A stretch of 64,000 nucleotides of DNA from Octopus vulgaris (GCA_951406725.2 OX597825.1:62620001-62684000), one strand, 5' to 3'. Positions 39,040 to 53,052 are shown, counted from the stretch's first letter. Notes: generated by a model from the sequence alone, not told the origin. Made by a program: numbers and translations.

Positions 39040-39435
39040 CTGAGAGTGACTATGCTGCTGCTGCTGATGGCAATGCTGATGATGATGATGACGATGATGA
39101 TGATGACGATGATGATGATGATGACAGCGACGAAGTTGATGATGATGATGATGATGATGGCGAGAACATCAATATGATGGTGATGATTGCATACCTGCAT
39201 AAAATAACACCTCCACCACCTCTACCACCAGCACCAGCATCATCCTCCTCCTCCTCCTCATCATCATCATCATCCTCATCATCATCTTCATTGTAGTTGT
39301 CATCATCATCATCATCATCATTGCTGCTGTCAGCATCATCATCCTCATCATCATCTTCATTGTAGTTGTCATCATCATCATCATCATCATCATTGCTGCT
39401 GTCAGCAACATCATCATCATCATCTTCCCTATCAT
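38738..39435. repeat. Degenerate (GAT)n tract followed by (CAT)n tract
   Basis: Directly visible; includes a ~69-bp internal tandem duplication near 39260-39420. Confidence 0.95.
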
Positions 39436-39896
39436 TTTAGTTTCCTTATCTCCTTACCCTTGCTCACTCGAGTTACACGGATAATTCAATGGGAGATTCC
39501 TTTCAGCAATCCCCACCTGCTTCAGAACCTGGTAACATTTCACCAGTTTTGAACATGAAACGACACAAAGGCAGGATATGTTTCTCTAAGATGCTTGTAC
39601 AAGATGAACATTATAACTTCTGTGATGATGAAATTTAGAAATAGCATGCAATGTCATGACAGGAGACACAGTCACACACACACATACCCATACATATATA
39701 TATACATGCAAACTTGCACTCACAAACACACATATATATATATACTTACATGTATATATATATATTAGTATATATATATATATAATTTTATAAAAACATT
39801 TACTCATAAATATGTATGCTTGTATGTATGTATGCATATTTTATACATACACACACACGCGCACAAGCACACACACACACACACACACACATATAT

Positions 39897-40308
39897 TCTC
39901 TTTTACTCTTTTACTTGTTTCAGTCATGTGACTGTGGCCATGCTGGAGCACCGCCTTTAGTCAAGCAAATCGACCCCAGGACTTATTCTTTGCAAGCCTA
40001 GTACTTATTTTATCGGTCTCTCTTTTGCTGAACCGCTAAGTTACGGGGACGTAAACACACCAGCATCGGTTGTCAAGCGATGTTGGGAGGACAAACACAG
40101 ACACACAAACACATACACACACACATACATATATATACGTATATACGACGGGCTTCTTTCAGTTTCCGTCTACCAAATCCACTCACAAGGCTTTGGTTGG
40201 TCCGAGGCTATAGTAGAAGACACTTACCCAAGGTGCCATGCAGTGGGACTGAACCCGGAACCATGTGGTTCGCAAGCAAGCTACTTACCACACAGCCACT
40301 CCTACGCC
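39897..40308 (-). mobile_element. SINE family A, full-length
   Basis: Matches the consensus of the other copies. Confidence 0.9.
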
Positions 40309-40309
40309 T

Positions 40310-40344
<35 letters not shown>

Positions 40345-40347
<3 letters not shown>

Positions 40348-41722
40348 TCATCATCATCATTATCGTTGTCGTTGTCATTTAACGTCCGTTTTCCATGCTG
40401 GCATGGGTTGGACGGTTTGACTGAGGACTGGCAAGCCAGAAGCTTGTATCAGGCTCCAATCTCATCTGGCAAGGTTTCTACAGCTGGATGCTCTTCCTAA
40501 TGCCAACAATTCTGAGAGTGTAGTGTGTGCTTTTTACATGCCACCAGCATGAGGGCTAGTCAGGCAGAACTAGCATCAACCATGCTTGAATGCTGCTTTT
40601 TACATGTCGCCGGCATGGGACCAGTCAAGCGGCACTGGTATCCATCACATTCGAATGGTGCCTTTTACATGCCACTGGCATGGGTGCCTGTCAGGCAGTA
40701 CTGGCATCAGCCATGACAATAACTTCACTTGACTCAGCAGGTCTTCACAAGCACAGTTTATTGCCTACTGATTAGAAGGTACTCTTAAATGGGCCGGTTA
40801 TGCTGCACTAGCATAGGCCATGGTTATGGTCTCACTTGGCTTGCCGGGTCTTCTCAAGCACAGCATCTCTCCAAAGGTCTTGGTCATTTGTCATTGCTTC
40901 CATGAGGCCCAGCTTTCGAAGGTCATGCTTTACCTCATCCCAGGTCTTCTTGGGTCTACCTCTTCTATAGGTTCCCTCTACTGCTAGGGTGTGATGCATT
41001 TTCACACAGCTGTCCTCATCCATACACAACACATGACCATACCAGCACAGTCGTCTCTCTTGCACACCACATCTGATGCTTCTCATGTCCAACTTTTCTC
41101 TCAGGATGCTTGCACTTTATTGTGTATGCACACTGATATTACACATCCAGTGGAGCTTACTAGATTCATTTCTTGCAAGATTATGCACGTCATCAGCAGT
41201 CATGGCCCTTGTTTCACTGCCGTGTAGTATGACTGTCCACACACATGCATCATACAGTCTACCTTTCATTCTGAGCAAGAGGCCCTTTGTCACCAGCAGA
41301 GGTAGGAGCGCTCTGAACTTTGACCAGGCTATTCTTATTGTAGTAGCTACACTCTCAGAGCATCCACCCCTGCTACTAACTTGGTCACCTAGGTAATGGA
41401 AGCTATCAACTACTTCTAGTTTTACTCCCTGGCATGTATCAGAAACTGTTTTCTGTACATTTTCAGTGTTTATTGCCCCTGAGCATTTGCCAAACATAAA
41501 ACTCTATTTTCCCAGTTAACCTTCCTTCAATATTGCTGCATCTCTTTTGTGTCCATAGCTTACACTGGATACATCCTATGTTGTTTCTACCTACTCCTTT
41601 TCTACAGATTGAGCAGGGCCATCTACCTGAAGGGATTTGTGATTAGTCTGCCTTCCTACTTACTAAGACCTTGGTTTTGCTAGGTTAACTCTAAGGCCCT
41701 TCGACTCTAGCCCTGGATTCCA
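40345..41722 (-). mobile_element. 5'-truncated RTE-clade LINE (end of RT, C-terminus, 3' UTR, (GAT)n tail)
   Basis: Frameshifted translations: [47 protein letters not shown], and RRLCWYGHVLCMDED..RRGRPKKTWDE..DQDLWR. Confidence 0.92.
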
Positions 41723-41852
41723 CACCTGACACACACACACACAAACATACATACCTACACGCATGCACACACACGCATACATACACATACACACACACAC
41801 ACTCACACACACACACACACACAAACACACATACACACACACACACACACAA

Positions 41853-43146
41853 ACGATGGTGGTCTGTAAAGTTCATAAGCTGATTAAGAATGATTGATGC
41901 TAGAGCTGTGAAATTTCACACTCTTTAATTTAAACACTTCTTATTAACAACTGCATTGATTGTTTCCAGGTAAGCTGATATCCTACAGTTCAAAGAAAAC
42001 TTCAGAAGTAACTATCAGTGACCTTTCTTGAAGATGGACAAAATTTGGCATTGTGCTGTTATGAATTATCTGCAGCAAAAGGGTTGAAGGAAATTCATGC
42101 TGACATAGTTGCTCTATTAGGGGATGAGGGTCCAGCTTTATCAACAATGCAAAGTGGGCAGCTGAATTATGGAGGGAAAGGGTGAGTCTTGAAAAAAACC
42201 CAAGGGCTGGTTATTCTGCATCTGCCATCTCTAAATTAAACATTTATTGTGTTCAACATATGGTGTGGAATGACAAGGTAACTGACTATAAATCAAATAA
42301 CTAATGTGGTTAGCAAATCTTGTGAGAGAGTCGAGAATATTCTGCTCAATTGAACTTAGCATCATGATGGTTTCTGCTCAGTGGGTGCCACGTCTTCTGA
42401 TACCTGATCAAAAGTACACCAGGCTGATCACATCAGAGGAAAATCTGACATTGTTTGAGGCAGATCCAGCTGGTTTCCTTAAATGATTTCTGACTCGGGA
42501 TGAATGTTAGGTTCATCACTTTGAGCCAAAGACAATGAAACAATGTGGATACATACCTCCTCACCTGTTCCAAAAAAGAGGTCAAGGACATTTCATCAGC
42601 AGAGGAGGTGATGGCCTTTGTTTTTTGTGATGCAAAAGTTTGTGTTTATTGACTATCATCAAAAGGGCCACTCCATCAATGGAAAGTACAAGGCCAACTT
42701 GCTGAGGCAGTTATGAAAGTCTATCAAGAACAAAGCTGGCAAGAAAATTGGCACAAGAGCTTTTGTTTCATCAAAACAGTTCTGTAACACACAAGTGTTT
42801 GCTTTCAATGATTGTTGTACATGACTGTTGCTTTGCACTGGTTGATCGGCCTCCCTATTCTCCTGATTTGGCTCCATCTAACTATCATCTGTTCCCCAAC
42901 AGGGAAAACATTTGACAAGGATGCAGTATCACAGTGATGATGATGTCATATCTGCTGTAGATGACTTTTTTTTTTTTTACCAAGAGGATGAAATCTTATT
43001 CACGAATGGGAGCCAAGCATTGCAACACCAATGGAAGAAGTATGCAGGCCACAAAGAGGACTATGAGGAAAAATAAACCTCATTTGGTCACATTCATTCC
43101 ATGAGAGTATCTTGGTCAGCCTATGAATTTTTCAGCCCACTCTTGT
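41853..43146 (+). mobile_element. Full-length decayed mariner transposon (~1.3 kb)
   Basis: TIRs gtggtctgtaaagttcataagctga / tcagcctatgaatttttcagcccac. Transposase pseudogene from about 42034 with WVPRLL, TRDEC*VHHFEP and YSPDLAPSNYHLFP. Confidence 0.92.
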
Positions 43147-44071
43147 AAACGTATCATCATCATCATCATCATCATTATCATTATCGTTTAACGTCCACTT
43201 TCCATGCTAGCATGGGTTGGACAATTTGACTGAGGACTGGCGAACCAGATGGCTGCACCAGACTCCAATCTGATCTGGCAGAGTTTTTACAGCTGGATGC
43301 CTTTCCTTACGCCAACCACTCCAAGAGTGTAGTGGGTGCTTTTACGTGCTACAAGCATGGGGGCCAGTCAGGCGGTACTGGCAACGACCTCGCTCAAATC
43401 TTTTTACACATGCCACTGGCACAGGTGCCAGTAAGGTGACACTGGTAACGATCACACTCGAATGGTGCCTTTTACATACCCCCACACACACATTACATAC
43501 ATACACTGATGTAATCTCCAGGGATACAGGCATCCAGCAACAGGACCTCCGTAATGCCATGATGGACCATGAAGTCTGGCGTAGCATGGTAAATTCCATT
43601 GTCTCGACCACGATCGTACAATGATGATGATCATGATGTTATACCCACAGTTTCACATGATTACTGGTCATCTAGCTTTGGCTTGACACTAGGAACTAAT
43701 TACAGAGACTGAGAGAATGGTACTCATGCTCTACAAACATTTATCCTGAGATGTACAGGTGACTCTTTCACAGGAAATCTTTTGTCATGCCATCTACTGA
43801 AAATCCTATGGTGATGGGAAAATGGCAATGTGTACAGAGATAACTGGTCAGAAATGTACAGTCTGTTAAAACTTACATCTATCAGCTACACTCCAAACTA
43901 TCTAAACCTGCAATGGTCAGACTATCAACTTTTCAACCGATTCATAAATACATATCATCATCATCATCGTCGTCGTCGTTTAATGTCCGTTTTCCGTGCT
44001 AGCATGGGTTGGTCGGTTCGACCGGGGTCTGGGAAGCCAGGAGGCTGCACCAGGCTCCAGTCTGATCTAGC

Positions 44072-44129
44072 AGTGTTTCTACAGCTGGATGCCCTTCCAT
44101 TAGGAAGGGCATCCAGCTGTAGAAACACT
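44072..44129. repeat. Perfect 27-bp hairpin with 4-nt loop inside an RTE tail copy
   Basis: agtgtttctacagctggatgcccttcc-atta-ggaagggcatccagctgtagaaacact. Confidence 0.95.
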
Positions 44130-45044
44130 CCAAGAGTGTAGAGGGTGCTTTTTACATGCTACTGGTACAGGTGCCAGGGGAGGCTGGTAGTGGCCACAAT
44201 CAGTTGGTGCTTTTTATGTGCCACCGGTGCGGAAGCCAGTCAAGGTGGCACTGAGATCAATCACGTTCAGATGGTGCTTTTTACGTGCCACCGGCACAGG
44301 TAACACAACTACAATTTCCTTTTGATATTTATTTTGATGTTGATGTACTTGACTCAATAGGTCTCCTACACATATACCTTCTCTATCATACACACACACA
44401 CACCTCATCTGAGAGGTTATGGATGGAATGTCAGAAACACCATTGACAATGAGGAAAGGCAAGGAGACACAGTTGACTTCTGTTGTATTGCAAAACAGGG
44501 AATAGATTAATTCTCACAATAGCAAAATAAATACTAAATTATGTAAGTAATATTTTTCTAAACCTATAATATGCTTGAGTGTAAGTTTATATCAAACAAC
44601 AGAAATATTACAAGAATACAACTGAAATATTTATAAAGACTTTAATCTCCTGTATTTAATTTTCTTTCATGCAAATTCACAGATAGCAAACGAAGTAAAG
44701 TATATAGAAGATAAACTACCTTTACCTCATTATTTACTAAATATTTTCAGTAAGAGGAATCCATTCAACACAAAGATTAAGACGTTGTCAAAGCATTTCT
44801 TTTCTTATTGTTTTTAATAATTTTTATATAATAATAAAGTTAATTAGTGGACTGTTTTCTATTTGGTTTCTCAAACATCGATGCTATTGATTTCAAAGGG
44901 AAACGACGATATAAAACTATATCCATTTTTCACGCTACGCTAATAGCATAAACAAAATCTACTTCAAAAATTTTAATAAAAACACACAACAAAAATTCAT
45001 TGATAATCACCATGCAATTAATCATATCAATTTTCCTTTCTTTT

Positions 45045-45700
45045 AATGGATGATGGTGATGGTATTGATGATGATGATGATGACGATGGCGATGATGGTG
45101 GTGAGGGTGACGATGAGGATAATGGTGGTGGTTGTGATGATGACGATGATGACAATGATGGTAATTGCAATGACAACAATGATGATGATAAAGATGATGA
45201 TGATGACAATGACAATCATGATGACGATGACGATGATGAAGATGATGATGGTAGTGGTGATGATGACGACGATGACAATGATGATGATGATGATGATGAC
45301 GATGATGCCGTTGACGAGATGATGATGATCATCAACAGCATCATCATCTTGTTCATGATGACAATGTCAAAGATGATGATGATTATGATGGCGACAACAA
45401 TGATGATGATGATGATGATGACTACAATAGTGATGACATGATGATGGCAATAATGACGATGATGAAGATGAAAATGATGATGATTATGATGAGGGTGACG
45501 ATGATGATGATGATGATGATGACTCATGATGATGGTGATTATGATGACAATGATTGCAGTGATAGCATTAATAGTAGTGATGGTTGTGGGTGGTTGTGGT
45601 GGGTGGCTGTGGTTGCAGAGTTTGGTTGTGTGGTAATGGTTATGATGATGATGTGGGTAGCAAGGATGATGATAGTGATAATGAAAATGAGGATAAAACT
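45045..45700. repeat. Long degenerate (GAT)n microsatellite
   Basis: Directly visible; source of poly-D/M ORFs. Confidence 0.95.
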
Positions 45701-46039
45701 GACAAAGAAGCCTCATTATTAAGCAGATTGATGATTTTGTCAAGTTCATTCCTACAGATACACGTAGGGACACAGTATTTCGTTACATCAACATAATATA
45801 CTACAAGGCCTATTAAACAGTTTTTATAAGTCAATATTGTGTACCATGGAGAGATAATCTGCAGAGATAACCATAACACAGTTAGATTTCGTTTTTGGAT
45901 TTGGTTTGCAAGATTCTTTATATGAGTTTGTGTGTTGAAGCATATTCTGTTGTGTCTGGGGAGAGTAATTTTCTTTTTGTGCCTTATAATTTAACACACT
46001 CACCGGTAAAATTTCCACTTATATTTTAATTTTATTTTC

Positions 46040-46076
46040 CTAAAATTTTCGTTGCATCTTGCAACCTTTTCAATAG
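46040..46076 (-). ncRNA. Minimal hammerhead-like motif with U3-A8 core
   Basis: Minus strand reads cua-UUGAAAAG-guugca-aga-ugcaac-GAAAAUUU-uag. Confidence 0.45.
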
Positions 46077-47358
46077 TCATCTTTTTCTGTAATATCCTTT
46101 CTACTGTAGGCACATAGCCTGAAATTAGGTGGAGTGAAATAGATGATTACATCGATCCAAGTGTTTCACTGGTACTTAATTTATCAACCTCAAAAGGATG
46201 AAAGGCAAAATCGACTTTGGCAAAATTTGAACTCAGAACTTATTGATGGGTGAAATACCACTAAGCATTCCATCCAGCATGCTAACAACTCCACCACCAT
46301 GCTACTTAATGCTAGTATATTTACAGCAATGTGTTCTATGCAAGTCCAATTTCACAGGATTAAAAAGCTACTTGAGATTCATTGAAAAGAAAACTGAAAA
46401 AAATGTCATCTTCATATTGTCTTGATTTGCATCATTCTACATCTTTTAGTTCAACATCTTTTGATACAGTCAGAGCACTTTTCTGTTCGTGTTTTTTTGT
46501 TCATATGGACTCAAACCCAGGCAATGGCTAAATTCTATATAAGTACTCCAGGTTCACTTACATGGTTTTCCTTAAAAATCAGAACACAATTAAGATAGAC
46601 CATCAATTGTTTCCTCTTGTGTAGAATTTTTGTAAGCTTTCATATATTTTTGCGAGCAAGAGATAATATCCTGCTTAAACATGGAAGTACTGTTAGAACA
46701 AGCTATACTGCAGTAGATAGCTCGAGAGAAACTCTCATATAGGCTTTTGGAGCAAAATGCACTTGTGTTTATATCGCTTGTGGGAGGGGGATAAATCCCA
46801 GCCATTTCCAGCACTGAGACCACCAGATCACATGATTTCCACCTTTCTTGGTCTCGTCAATGAAGGATGCTGAAAAATAACAACTAAAACCTGGCAAATT
46901 TAATTATATATTTTTGAACAAAGGAAGAACAAACTTGATGATATAGTTCTTGATAAATTGTGCCTTAAATTGCTAACAGCCAAATTCTTTCCACTCTGCT
47001 TTCCATAGATAATTAATTTTCATTAATTAAAATTTCAGGCTTATTTTTGCATGCCTTTTTCTTTTACCAGAATTAATCAGTTAGAAAATGATTGTTCTAG
47101 TCATTAAGGGAAATTAAAAATTTGTTGGCTTACCACATTAATTTAATGTCTTTCAACAGAAGACTTTATAGTAAATCCCACTTTACTAGAATGCCTTCAA
47201 AGTATTTGAGATATTCACAGCTTTTATATTTCTAATTAGAGGTTTACCGATCAAGGTTTACCAAGGGCTAAACAACAAAAACATTGACTATTATCTGTTC
47301 TATTAGCAGAAAGTGAATCTGGATAAGAACCCAGAAGTAAAACTAGCAAAGATAATTA

Positions 47359-47871
47359 CCGTAAATCCTCGAGTATAATCCGCATTTTTTCCCCAAAAGT
47401 TAAAGGTCAAAATCCCTAGTGCGTACTACATACGAGGTTAAAAATGAAAGTTATTTTCTAAGCAATGTCCAAGTCTCTATTTGCTGTCTGGCAATGTTTA
47501 TTCAGATGTATTTTCTGATGTCAGGTGCGAAAATACCTTAAGCTAAGCCTGAAAGCAATGAAGTCATAAAAGAATCATCCATAACCTGCAGTAAGCAACA
47601 TTTATTAAATGTTATTACTGTTATTTCTTTATTTTCTGCAAACAAAATGCACAAAAAAAACTACATGTTTGCATTATGTTATATATACAATAATAATAAA
47701 GGACGTTACCATATACATTTTTACAAACCAAGGATGTTATATAGACCTCCTTGACTCAAGTTAGAGAAGGGGTGCATATTATACACAAGGTTTAGGTTTT
47801 TCAGAGGTACAGCCCCCTAAAAATCCCCTGCGTATTATACTCAAGAGCGGACTACACTCAAGGATTTACAG
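47359..47871. mobile_element. pogo/Tc1-type MITE with TA TSD
   Basis: TA-CCGTAAATCCTCGAGTATAATCCGC ... GCGGACTACACTCAAGGATTTACAG-TA (~25-bp TIR); subterminal tgcgtattatac-like repeats. Confidence 0.85.
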
Positions 47872-47975
47872 TATGCATCTGTGTAGAAATAAATAAATAG
47901 ATAAATAAAATGCAGTGCCGAAAAGGACAGGTTTAAGGAAAATGGACATCTACAGGAAATGGTTGATTTAGAAGT

Positions 47976-48616
47976 TTAACTCATTAGCATTCGAATTTTA
48001 CTGTCAAATGTAATGCTTGTTCATTCATATTGTTTCAAATTAATCATGCATTATCTTGTAGCTTTGAGATTTCTATGATTTGATTACTCTTTTACTCTTT
48101 TACTTGTTTCAGTCATTTGACTGTGGCCATGCTGGTGCACCGCCTTTAATCGAGCAACTCGACCCCGGGACTTATTCTTTGTAAGCCCAGTACTTATTCT
48201 ATCGGTCTCTTTTTGCCGAACCGTTAAGTAACGGGGACATAAACACACCAGCATCGGTTGTCAAGCAATGCTAGGGGGACAAATACAGACACACAAACAC
48301 ACACACAAACATATATATATACATATATACGACGGGCTTCTTTCAGTTTCCGTCTACCAAATCCACTCACAAAGCTTTGGTCGGCCCGAGGCTATAGTAG
48401 AAGACACTTGCCCAAGGTGCCACGCAGTGGGACTGAACCCAGAACCACGTGTTGGTAAACAAGCTACTTACCACACAGCCACTCCTGCGCCCATGATTGT
48501 TTATTTTTAGAATGACATTGTAAGACAGGTGGGAGAAGTCAGATTTAGCTGGTTTGTACATAATACAGAAAGAATATTTGGGCCGGATATGGCCAGTTTA
48601 AATGTTAAATGGTTAA
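47976..48616. mobile_element. piggyBac-like MITE interrupted by a full-length SINE A (48086-48491, minus)
   Basis: Degenerate termini ttaactcattagcatt ... aatgttaaatggttaa, with a clear SINE A inside. Confidence 0.6.
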
Positions 48617-48874
48617 GTGTAAAATGTTTGGGGTACCTTCTTATACCACCACCACCACCATAGTAAAGTGAAGAAAGCAGTGCAGTTCTGAAATTGTGGC
48701 TTAATTTCTTCAATGTGATCGTAGTAAAGGCATCCAACAATTATTTCAGTTCTACTTTCGATTGTCAGCAGTAATATTTGTTTGATTCAAGGCAGCGAGC
48801 TGGCAGAAATTTTAGCATGCTGGGTGAAATGCTTAGCAGTATTTTGTCTGATGATTATGAAAATGATGATGAAA

Positions 48875-48907
<33 letters not shown>

Positions 48908-49027
48908 CTGACGGTGATTATGATGACAATGATGGTGATTACAATGACAATGTAATCTTAGTGTTCTGAGTTCAAATTCCACCTTGGTCGACTTTGCCTA
49001 TCATCCTTTTGGGGTCGATAAATTAAG

Positions 49028-49540
49028 CTTCTATATATGGCTGAAGCGGGAAGACTGAAAATGGCTTGAAAGTCATAACATGCCAGCGGGAAATAATGTC
49101 ATTAGGTGAGACAAGCTGACACTGTATCAGCTTTGCTGGCTGACTGGTGACAGTCATTTAGAGAATGCGCGGGCTAAAACTACGTGCCTTCACAAGTCAG
49201 TTAAGGTGAGACAGTGTCACGTGACAACTTGCTGGGGCTGCCTGCTGGAGCCTAGTGGCAGGTATTGAAAAGGAAAAATTTGACGAGTCAGTCAGTCACC
49301 AGCTGACACTCGCTGACGATACATCAAAGAGGCCAGGGAACAGAAGAAAGAAGAAGGAAGAAGACATGCACCCAACACCAGAGCTGAAGAGACCTCTGAA
49401 AAGGGGGGCCCCGCCACGTCAAAACGGTAGAGGAGTAGGGGCCGAAACCAGACGTGGTTCCTCCTGATGATGTCTTGAGCTAACTGGATCCTATAAAGGA
49501 GCTGTTGTGGTAGCAGACCACGAAACACGGTTGTAATTCC
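49028..49540 (+). mobile_element. ~510-bp GC-richer insertion inside a SINE B, possibly Penelope-like
   Basis: The SINE core gtcgataaattaag|taccagttg is split with taag repeated. CTGATGA (49464) ... CGAAAC (49521) lies near the 3' end. Confidence 0.55.
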
Positions 49541-52500
49541 TAAGTACCAGTTGCATACTGGGGTTGATCTAATTGACTGGCTCCCTCCCCAAAATTTCGA
49601 GCCTTGTGCCTAGAGAAGAAAATAATAATTGTTTGATTCTTTTGTAATATTTTGCATATATTAGAACTCAGAATAAAGATATAGGTATCTGTACGTGTGA
49701 ATGTAGGTTATTATCGTTAAAATGAGTTGAGAAACAGAGACGGGAGTTTTTCTATTATGTGCTACCATTATATCAAATATCACTTAGCATCACAACTCTG
49801 TGTCTCCAAGCATGGTACATCTCTGCTTCCTATTATATTGTTTTATATCCAATTTGCCAGGCTTGCATAGTTTTGATTGATTTTTTTTTTTTTTTTTGCT
49901 TTTCTGGTAGGAGGTTATGAAATTGTTTTTACAGCTTGTGGCCCTTCCTACCACTCTACAAAACAATGCAGTAGGAGTGGATCCAGTTTTATGACTGCCA
50001 AGTAAACTGGAACAAGCAGAATTAATAACGTCTTGCTCTTAGGTACAATAGACAATGTAACTTGATTTGAACATACTATCACAGAACGATGCTGCTTTGT
50101 CAGTCACAGAATACTGTTGCCTCATCATTGCATTAAGTTTGAAACCTTAAATTCTTCCTGTTTGTGTAAAAATTATTAATTTTAATTGAGGCTAAATATT
50201 GCTGTAACTTTAACATTAGAATCTTTATTTTAACTATTTTATATTATCACAATTAGCTTGATGCCAATGTATTTTATCAATGTTTATTTTAATTCTGTTA
50301 AACATCATTTCCTTAGGAAAACATTACTCGCAATTGTTTTAACTATTGTCGTTAACAAATTTGTTTTTGATTTATATGAATTTTGAAAAATCAAGTTACG
50401 TTTTAAATTTGAAATGCCTGGTAGGCTTCTTTTCACACATGAATCCCTTTATACAATGTTAATCATCTTCAAGATGATTCATTTATTGATTAACCTTAAC
50501 AACAAGCACTAAGTCAATAATAAAAGTAAACATTAGGAATGGTAACAGAAGCAAAGAATTAGTAATAACAGTAGCATTATGACAAGAAGAAAGACTCGTT
50601 TATAGTTTGAAGGTCATGTATGGCCTAAAGTAAAAATTTATAGAAACAGGGGAATTGTATTTTATGTTCTACCAGTTCCAGCAAAAATTGATGTATTTCA
50701 TATTACCAATGGAATATTCTGTTTCAATGTCATAATTCTGTTGATTTTGCCCCAAAGAAACGGTACAAAAGAAACAGTAGGATTTGTTTTAAACTGATAA
50801 ATTGAAAACGACACCCATGTTAAATATAATGCCCACAGCAAAATACAAAATACACATAGTAGGTTAAAATAATGCTTAGGTAATGTCTATACATATTTCC
50901 TAAAATGTGTTTATACTTAAAAGCAAATAAGTAAAAAAAAGAAAGAAAAGGATGAAAAGAAAGAGGAAAGAAGAAGCGAAGCAGACAAAATCATTCTTTG
51001 TAGAAAGTAAATCAATTCTTTCAAGGTTTCAAGGATAGACGATATCGCTAATTGCCTAAAACCATCAAAGAAAGAGATGTATTATGACCTATATTCACAA
51101 GAACTTTATAATTTTATTCTGCATGTCTTACATTTCAGTAGCATTATCTCATTTCCTAATACCAATTAGACCGACCGATATACTATCATATCATCCTAGT
51201 TGTTATAAAGTAGCTAAGCATAATCTCAGGGTAGAATAGTGTTGTTTTTACTGCAAACATGCTTAACATATTTCTCATCATCATCATCGTGTAACGTTCA
51301 TTTTCCATGCTAGCATGAGTTGGACGGTTCGACCAGGGTCTGGGAAACCAGGAGGCTGCACCAGGCTCCAGTCTGATCTGGCAGTGTTTCTACAGCTGGA
51401 TGCTTTTCCTAATGCCAACCACTCCATGAGTGTAGTGGGTGCTTTTTACGTGCCACCAGCACAGGGGCCAGGGGAGGCTGGCAAACGGCCATGATCTGTT
51501 GGTGCTTTTGCGTGTCACCAACACGGACACCAAAATGTGAAAAGCATATTGAAGATAAGTAGAGCATTAAAACCTTACTAAAAATATTCATTGATTGACT
51601 TTTACAAGAAATTAATTATAATACATACATAGGTTAATCATATCAAGAATTCATTTTTATAAATTACTGATAAAAAAGAACCTATTAAATCCAAGAAGTT
51701 CATTACTAATTCAAGACAGTAGGGTAATATTTAAGGAGAATTTAGCTGCAAATTCATATACATTAAGCAACAACATATAGGTTTCAGCTCATACATCCCT
51801 CTATTTTGTAGATAACAATATAAATTCAGACCATTACACACAACCACCACACTACTCACGAATATAACAAAGAAAATACATAATAGTTTCGACAATAAAA
51901 TGCATCTCAAAGCTTCCCAATTCATTTCCTGCTCTCCGTTCATACAAAAATACACAAACACATATTTTGAAACTACGTAATATGCTGACCAGAAAACCAT
52001 CAATCAGGCCACCAAGCTTTTATAATGCCATCAACATTACTTTCAGAACATGCATTTTCATAAAATGGAATTGCCAAGGTTCTCTCCAATTACCCAGTTT
52101 TTTCACTGTATACCTACAACTCTACCTTTATTTAAACCATCTAGAATTTGGCTCCATTACCAGCTTACAATGTTCATCCATCAATTCATTTTCACCTCCG
52201 AACATTCCTCTCTGGAAAGTTGGATTATAGTTTTGTGGCTCCTCCTCCATAAGGCCTTATCAAATGCAACAGTTATTACACTTTTCTGCTCGATTCCCAA
52301 ACATGACCAACTATAAAAACCTTCAGAGAAACCCCATTTTGGTTCCTTATTTGTGGCCATAGATAGCAAATACAAACTTCACTGTGTCCCTCGCAATCAG
52401 CAACCCCAGTTGTTGAGAAATGTAATCATTCTTTGACTTCAACATATACAAAAGAGGACAAAACAACTCCTCAACAATTTTCACAGCTCACATAGATGAC

Positions 52501-52825
52501 AACAAAGTAAGCAAAAACATTGCACAAACCTACTTTGAGTAAAAACAGATGTCATATTTAGTTAACAAAATAAAATGACCATGGTATACAAACAACATAT
52601 TAGATTTATCATGAACTGTTCTTAACCACAAAAAACGATAGTAAACTACAGAAAATACAAGACGTTTACAAGATGTTATGACAGTTTTTATACAAACCAA
52701 AATGTTACAAAAATGAAAGCCATACTGTGCATGCAACGGGCACAGCTTATTGATATAGTAAGTCGCAAGTCTCACATCCATTTTCAGTGTGTGGAAGTCT
52801 ATCTTCAAATATACAAACAAATATA

Positions 52826-53052
52826 TTTCTTTACTACCCACAAAGGGCTAAACGCAGAGGGGACAAACAAGGACAGACAAAGGGATTAAGTCGATTACAT
52901 CGACCCCAGTGTGAAACTGGTACTTTATTTATCGACCCCAAATGGATGAAAGGCAAAGTCGACCTCAGCAGAATTTGAACTCAGAACGTAACGACAGATG
53001 AAATACCGCTAAGCATTTCGCCCACCGCGCTTACGTTTCTGCCAGCTTGCAA
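52826..53052 (-). mobile_element. SINE family B
   Basis: Reverse complement of the family B consensus. Confidence 0.88.

Noticed and set aside
38739-39296. Asp-rich 185-aa ORF (also 45046-45441) as an acidic biomineralisation-type protein
   Set aside because: All frames are low-complexity translations of (GAT)n microsatellite, with no signal peptide or exon structure.
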